Shown here: positions 57,267 to 64,000 of the stretch, in pieces
Layout of the letters: each line of letters begins with the position of its first letter
How positions within the stretch are numbered: position 1 is the first letter of the stretch
Origin: Camelus ferus
Lineage: Eukaryota
Assembly (NCBI RefSeq): GCF_009834535.1
Contig: NC_045705.1
Location: forward strand, 67,890,001 to 67,954,000
DNA length: 64,000 bases
Reading direction: 5' to 3'
Notes under the pieces: generated by a model
The model's input: only the letters and a program-made list of their open reading frames with translations
Told to the model about the DNA's origin: nothing
The model's database searches: none
Program-made: the position numbers and the translations under genes

Positions 57267-58428
57267 GTATGTGAAATTTTACCAAACTAAAATCCCACGT
57301 CTTAGAATCCTGGGCTCCTAAAAAGCCTGTCAAGAAAGGAGTCCATAGACTTCTACTGGGAAGTAACCATTGCCCACCTCCACACCTGAAGTCAGGCTGG
57401 GGGGGGGGGTGTCCCATGGCCTGGGGACCAGAACCAGCTGCAAAGGGGCTGGGATGGCCGTTCGTCCCAATGCTGTTCCTGGAAAGGATCACCCACCAAC
57501 GCTGTCACCAGGAGGAGGGGGCTCCAGGGTTCCATTCACTCTGCTGGATCCACATTTCTTGACATGGTAACAACTGCTGTCCCTTTCAGGGCCGTAGTTA
57601 TGGCACCCAGGCAGGCATGCTGGAGAGCATCTTAATCCATATCTTGTGAGCCATGTTTCAGAATGCACTTTTTTTGCCTCCTGTGGGGCAGGCCGCATTT
57701 AAATCCAGCACCTCTCCATCCTGGGATCTGGTCTCTTGTGCAGACACTCCAGCCGATGAGGCCGCTTGTGGCCCATCCAGCCCCAGCTCTTCTGTGCTTT
57801 ATGCTTGTCATTCATTCAACAGTGAGAGTCTGGCCTTAATCAATAATCATGGGTCAAAACCACCCCTGTGGAAGGCGCTCCGAGAGTTCACCCGGGGAGG
57901 TGGCCCAGGGACACAGCGGGACGTGGGCGGCTTTGATGCTCCAAGAGTGACATCTGGTTATCACGTTTTGCGCATCACAGTTTTGTAGTCTAGTTTGGCA
58001 GAGTCAGGACTGTTCTTGGATTCTGTTCTGATCTGTTTGCTCTCAGGCTGCACTGCCTCAGTTGAAGGACTTCAGGTGGGCGTGGGGAGGGGGAAGGAAG
58101 TTGAGCCCAGTGGAGCCTTTGGGGAAAACCTGCTGGTGACTTTTCCAGCCACGGGCAGATCAACTCTTCCAGGTTTTTGTTTGTTTTGTTTTGTTTTGAA
58201 TTTTGTAACATGGAACGTCTTTCATTAGGAGACATCGATTTTATTACCCAAACAGGAATTACACTTTTTAAAAAGTCTGACAGTTTCAGATGCATACCAG
58301 ATGTGAGCGCTGCATCGTTAAACAGTGAGGAACGTGAGCTGTGCGGGACTCTGGATCTGACCCTGTGAGGTCAGGACAGAGGACGGCCGCTCCAGCTTGC
58401 TCCCTGCGTGTGGCCCCTCCCTTTGCAG

Positions 58429-58499
58429 AGGCCGGGGCCCTGGAGCGCCTGCCCGGTCTCCCCGCAGCGCTGTCCTCAGAAGACATGGAGCAGTCCTGA
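58429..58499 (+). CDS. GAL: GAL exon 6 coding part (EAGALERLPGLPAALSSEDMEQS*)
   Basis: CCCTTTGCAG acceptor; 71 nt to TGA. Total CDS 81+55+87+78+71 = 372 nt, i.e. 123 aa plus stop. Confidence 0.97.
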
Positions 58500-58658
58500 G
58501 GTGGCCCCCCGGGCACCTTCGTCTGTGCCTTGTCATCTGAAGTCAAGCTCGAAGTCTCATGCGATGTCTGCGGAGTAAACCACCCCGTCCTCTCTGCCCT
58601 GGTGCCGTGTTCCTATAATTTAAGATTTTTTCCCTTTGGTAATGATTTTGAGTGGCAA

Positions 58659-58664
58659 AATAAA
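58659..58664 (+). terminator. GAL: GAL polyadenylation signal AATAAA
   Basis: 160 nt after the stop codon, in an AT-rich 3'UTR with a T-rich downstream tract. Confidence 0.85.
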
Positions 58665-59964
58665 AGAATAGCAACTGCTTGTGATGATCATTTTCTTCCT
58701 CACACCTGTCTCGCCACTACTGCCACTGGCGTGTTTTTAAGAGATAACACTTGGTTACAATCACCTGTGAGGGCTGCAGGGCAGGCGGGGCTAACAGACA
58801 GCTTAGCATGCGCGTGGCTGGGTTAGAAAGGTGAGTGTCGTAAGCGCTGTACTTTAACGCTCAGGAGATGTGCTGAGTCACTGCTGCGCAAAAGGCAGCC
58901 TGTGGGGACAGTAACGCCAAGATGGCAGAGATGCGGTGAACTTTGGGGCAGAAATGAAAAGATCACACAGAAGATCTGAAAAGAGCACAGGTGAGGACGA
59001 GAAGCCAGGCATCGTTCTGTTAAGTTAAAGGATGGCCCGCGGGCTCTGAGCACGGCCTGGGGCAGGGCGGAGGTGGAAGTGGGGGCCCCCCTCCGTGATC
59101 TGCCCCCCAGCAGTGCCCCTCACTCCTGGGGGGTCCAGGCGGCCCACGGACCGCTGCAGTTTGTGCTTCACGCCCCGCCCCAGGTGACGGCAATACGCAG
59201 CCAAGCAAGGGAATCACCCCCGGAGACCCCCCTCCAGGAAGTAGACACTGAGGGTAATTATTCAGGCCCTGCTGGCTGGCCCCCGCCCTGCCCTCCCCAC
59301 CCGCCCACTCCGGGACACTCGCAGAGGCTTTCCCCACGACTCCGTCTGCCCTTCCCTCCCCTGCACGTGCCCCCACACACTCTGGTGGCCTGGTCCCAAC
59401 TGCGGGTGTGGGAACGCCATCCGCAGGGTCACCAGGCCCCTGCCCAGAGTGCCTAACTCAGGACGACTGGGTGGGCAGAACCCGCACTCCTAACAAGCGC
59501 CTCAGTGATGCCGCCGCTGCTGCTCAGGGCCTACACCTCACTGACACGCTCCAAGCCCGCAGCCTGCCGCCTGTCCCACCTGGTCTCCCTCTTGCCTTGG
59601 CCCCTTCCATCCGGTGCTCTCGGACATAGACCTGTCCCCACCCCAGCCTGTCCTACTAGCCACCACTGATTGCAGCTCCTGGTCCAGCCTCACTCACCTA
59701 AAACCTTTGCACACACCCCTACTGATGCCTGGTAAACTGCTACACATCCCACAGGATCCCGTTCTGCGGTGGCCTCCTTGAGGGTGCCCTTCCTGCTCAC
59801 TCAGCAGGGCTGTGTGCGGGCCCCACTTGTGTGGTGCTACCCCCATTGGAGTGCTCGCCACTCTAGTTCTGTTTGCTGCTGTTTCGCCTCGCTACACTGG
59901 AAGTCTTTCCAGAAACAAACTGTGCTTGATGAAACAGAGATCAGACCGGGCCAGGCTCTGAGTT

Positions 59965-60290
59965 CCCCGCAGCTGAGAGAATGAGAAGACAAGTCACAGA
60001 CTAGGAGAAAGTATTTGCAAAAGACATGCCTGATTAAGGGCTACTAATCAAATATACAAAGAATTCTTAAAACCCAACAGTAAGGAAATGAACAACCCAG
60101 CAAAATAAACGGGCAAAGTATACTTCAGCGATACCTCACTGAAGAAAACACCAAGATGGCAAGTAAGCACATGAAAAGACACTTCACAGCGCGCCATTAG
60201 GGAATTGCAAATTAAATGACAAGCTATGGCCACACGCCTATCAATATGGCCAAAATCCAAAACACTGACACCACCCCGTGCTCACTTCTG
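59965..60290 (+). mobile_element. L1 ORF2 3' fragment
   Basis: GACTAGGAGAAAGTATTTGCAAAAGACATGCCTGATTAAGG...AAGCACATGAAAAGAC...ATTAGGGAATTGCAAATTAAA. Confidence 0.8.
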
Positions 60291-60719
60291 CCCACCTGCA
60301 CCCAGTGAGCTTGCTAAAGAGAGCTCCCCACGCAGGGTGAGCAGGGCCCTCCCCATCCTTATCCTTTCCTCAATCTGCTCTTCTCTTAGATTCTCTAACC
60401 TCTCCCAACATTTTTATCTTGGCTGAAACTTCTACCTTCAGTTCCTTAAAACAGGTATTTTAACTTACTTCATATAATGATTTGTCTATTGTGGTTTTAA
60501 GCTGCACCCCCATGGAAACTAGACCAAACCCCGCAGAATTCCAGGTGTTGATGAGAGTTTCGTAAAAGGAATAAAGGGTCTCAGAGCCAAGATGAGGGTT
60601 ACAAGTAGGTTTCTGCTGATATTTTGCAGTAGAAGTTTCCCTCCTGAGGGCGGCTCGCTCGCTGCCACACTTTTGGTATTACGTACAGCCTGCGGTTAAC
60701 TGACAGGCAAGACGCTGTT

Positions 60720-61570
60720 CAGCATGTGTGACGTAAGAAGTGTGTATCTGGGCTCTGCCCCGGCACAGAGCTCCTAACACCCCTGTAATTTCCTGAGTGA
60801 TGGAGATGGTGGGAGTGGCTTACACAGAGCACCCAAATCCTCTGCAGTTCCCTGGGTGCTAGGAGTGTCTTTTGTTCTAATGAGGTGACTCTTGGTGGGC
60901 CCCTGGACGGCTTCAGAATGGGGGTTGATCTCCAGAAAGACCAAACCATGATTAGAAGCTTGGAACTTTCAGTTCCATCCCCCATTCTCCAAGGAAGGGA
61001 GAGGGGCTGGAGACTGAGTTAACGATTGATCATGCCTATGTGATGAAGCCTCCATAAAAATCCCTAAACTGCGGGCTTTGGAGAGCTGCCAGGTTGGTGA
61101 ACACATCCAGGTGCCAGGAAGGTGGTGCCCTCCAGTTCCAGGGGACAAAAACTCCTTGCTCAGGACCCTTCTAGACCTCGCCTATGTACCTCTTCTTCTG
61201 GCTGCTCATTTCTATCCTTTATAATAAACCACTAACGGTAAGTAAAGTGTTTTCCTGAGTTCTGTGAGCTGTTATAGCAAATTATCCAACCCAAGGAAGG
61301 GGTCATGGGAACTTCAGATTTGTAGCCAAGCCAGACAGAAGTGCGGGTAATCTGGGAGCCACTACTTGAGATTGGTGTCTGCAGTGGGAGCTGTCTTGTG
61401 GGACTGAGTCCTTGAAACTGTGGAATCTGACACTAACGGTGTCAGAATTGAGTTAAATTATAGGACACCCAGATGATGTCTAGAGAGCTGGAAAACTGGT
61501 TGGTATAGGGGGAAAAAAGCCCCGCTCACGTGGTATCAGAAGTGTGAGAGCAGAAACAGTTTTCTTTTAG
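60720..61570 (+). mobile_element. MER21-like solo LTR
   Basis: CTAATGAGGTGACTCTTGGTGGGCCCCTGG...CAGAAAGACCAAACCATGATTAGAAG...TGATGAAGCCTCCATAAAAATCCC...ATAATAAACC...GTAAGTAAAGTGTTTTCCTGAGTTCTGTGAGC; typical MER21 blocks. Confidence 0.8.
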
Positions 61571-62589
61571 CGTGTGTCATTTTTTTTTTTTAAATGACTT
61601 TTTCTCAGATTCTTGAAAGACAAGCTTTAAGTTAAGCTGCATTTCTGGGAAAATAAAGACAAAAACAAAAAACAAAACCCACCAGATAATCTAACCTTAA
61701 TCACAAAGGTGACCCACATCATTTAGTACGTACAGAAATTTGCACAGCCACACCCAGAAATAAGGACATACTATTTTTATTTTTATATGGTTTTAAAATA
61801 GCATTGGTTCTCTAACAAAAACAAAAAGCTGCGGTTTTCTGTCTTCTTGGTCATCCTCTGTAACTGCTAACTCTGGGTGTTGCAGTGGCTTTATACACAA
61901 CCCTGCTTTGGCTTCTACTTCTCATATTGAATTTTCTGCAGGTTGTGCAGACTTAACAAATTCTCCCTTCTGAGAAGCCCTGCAGAGGTTATGCTTTCCC
62001 AGATGCCCTTTCCCTAGCCTTCAGGCTGTAGCTCTGTATCTGGCCACAGGCAGAATGCCCTCAGGTAGCACTGAAGGCCCCCCAGTGCACAGGAGCCCAG
62101 GTCCCAGGTGGGCCCCCTGCAGGGCTGGTGCAGTGCCCTAAGGGTGGCCGCTGCCCTTCCTTGCTGCCAGTCCTGCCTCCGGGCTCTGCAGGGGCGACAC
62201 CTGCTGCAAGGCCCTTTCTAGGCAGCTCCCTGCCCCAGAGCAGTGCTGGAGCACAGTGTTCCCACCCCGCCATCCGACAGCACTTGTCTACCTCCGGCTT
62301 TCTGCCGCAGAATCCAGACCCCAAGGGGTGACAAAGGGGTTGAAATGGAGAAGAGTTAATTTCTTTCTCCTGGTTTGGCTCCCCATCAGAACTAGGCTAT
62401 TCCAAACACAGCTCTACAAACTGCCAGCTAGCCCCTCACTCCTTGCTCACTGACGTGCCAGGGCCAGGCCCTGAGCCCCACTCCTCTCCGCGGGGGGCTG
62501 CGAGCCCCCTAAGTGCTCTGGGGCAGCCGTGCTGCTAACGAGCACGGAAGCAGAACTGACACGTTAACAGTTATTAAGTTAATTACGAC

Positions 62590-63456
62590 AATGGAAGACA
62601 TTTGAAATTTTTATTCCTCTTTGCTTTTACAATAGAACCAAAAGAAAGTTGACTTAATAACTTATCTAACCTGCTGGTTTCTGCAAACTAGTTATTTTAA
62701 CTGTTTTACAAACAATAATAGTATTATAACAATAATTATGGAGAAGTTAATTGGATAATAGAGCTTTTCCACAATTCAAATGGAAACACATAAGAAACTA
62801 GATAATTTTTAATCTCACAACCCAAAACGGTACTGACCAAGGCACGCCTGTGTGCTGTGTGGGCCACCGCCCGCGCCTCACGGAGGCCCTAGAGGTGACT
62901 GGTAATTCCTGTGACTCTGGGGAGGCGTTGACACGCAGACACTCTTCAGGGCGTTCAGCAGTTCTCTACAGACTTTAAGTTGTATCTTAGCAGTCTATCT
63001 GGGGACTTTATTTCTAAATAATTTAGGGGAAAAATCATCATGGCTTTTTATGCAGAGAAGCCCCCGGAGGAAAACTCCCGGAGAGGATAAAGTCGGGAGG
63101 AACGGACTTTTATTTCTGCCCAGGGCCTGCTTCCACCCTCCATGACTCAACGTTGGTGCAGACACCCCCCTGCCCAGGACCACAGGAACCCACTCTCTCT
63201 CCTGGGGTCCAGACAACAACGGTTATGGCATGCACTTCCTCAGAAGAGGGGAGGGTTTCCATCGCCAAATCCCTCAGAGACTGTGAGCACACACCCGCCC
63301 CCCCGTTCCCCGAAAGCAGAGGGAGAGCTTAATCTTAACGATGAAGCTGTTGCCGCAGACCCAGCCTCGTGTTCCTTAAAACAACCTTCTAAACTCTAGA
63401 TTTCCTTCAGAATATTGAGACAAAATCCACATCACTCACATTTCACACATTGCACT
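62590..63456 (-). other. TESMIN: TESMIN 3'UTR; candidate AATAAA at 62610-62615 (others at 63007, 63109, 61776)
   Basis: Follows the TAG stop on the minus strand; TTTATT hexamers on the + strand. The signal actually used is not determinable. Confidence 0.6.
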
Positions 63457-63649
63457 CTACTCAATTTTCAGCCCTTTGGATTTGAACTCAATAAGGAGAA
63501 TCTGTGACAAGCATCTCCCGAATTCCTCTAAGATCATCTGCTCCGCCAAGCACTCGGAGCGGCGCTCCTTCTCCGCCTCTTCGCCTTGAGCCAGCAGGCA
63601 GGCGCACGTGGCCTCCACCACCTCCCAGGAGATGCATGAGGAAGACGGC
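63457..63649 (-). CDS. TESMIN: TESMIN (MTL5) last coding exon ([63 protein letters not shown])
   Basis: CTCTTCTGACAG acceptor on the minus strand. The [16 protein letters not shown]...[15 protein letters not shown] block is the tesmin/LIN54-family C-terminus, and the position matches synteny downstream of GAL. Confidence 0.95.
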
Positions 63650-64000
63650 CTGTCAGAAGAGAGCGGGTACAGGCCACGTTCAGTCACGCCATTGTTTTAA
63701 GATACCTTGTGTATTCAAGGGGACATGCTTGTCAAGGCATTTTACAGACTGTCACAGGTAAAATCTAACATCGGCTTCCCGATACTGGAAACTCTATTGC
63801 CCATGTGAAGTAAAGGATCGCCTTTAGAAGAACACTACCGAGCACAGGTGCGTCTGTCAGCCTCTAGACACCCTCTTGTGGCAGATTCTAAATTTTCTCA
63901 AAATTAGACCCACTAACAGGCCCTGAGACCTGGGCTGCGGTGCCCAGCCGTGGGCTGCGCGGGGTAGAAGCAGCCGGGATCTTAGATGAGACGCATCCCT

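Noticed and set aside
1830-61570. Two MER21-like LTRs as ends of one giant provirus
   Set aside because: They are in opposite orientation, 58 kb apart, with host genes between them; independent solo LTRs.
1-64000. CRISPR arrays, prokaryotic operons or defence systems
   Set aside because: The sequence is mammalian with spliced genes and mammalian repeats; no regularly spaced direct repeats with unique spacers were seen.

Overview
Mammalian genomic DNA, most likely a camelid: it carries five copies of a tRNA-Ala(AGC)-derived SINE of the vic-1 type, four of them with visible target-site duplications. The window is the PPP6R3-GAL-TESMIN syntenic block (human 11q13). It contains: (i) the last six coding exons and ~2.1-kb 3'UTR of PPP6R3 (+), with one exon mostly lost in an N gap; (ii) a ~35-kb intergenic region with L1 fragments, a two-LTR ERV-L (LTR16/HERV16-like) proviral fossil, an ERV1 solo LTR, MER20/MER58/Tigger1/MLT1 fossils and several repeat-free, homeobox-motif-rich islands that look like conserved enhancers; (iii) the complete six-exon preprogalanin gene GAL (+), encoding 123 aa with predicted mature peptide [29 protein letters not shown]-amide, with its CpG-island promoter; (iv) a MER21-type LTR and the last coding exon and 3'UTR of TESMIN (-). 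Almost all ORFs in the supplied track are spurious (GC-rich sequence, repeats or N runs). I found no convincing new protein-coding system. The most interesting signals are regulatory: a Met-Trp-stop uORF in strong context in GAL exon 1, a candidate GAL5.1-type long-range enhancer, a convergent CTCF motif pair, and cryptic splice/polyadenylation signals in PPP6R3. Orthologue and repeat-family assignments rest on recalled sequences, not on database searches.
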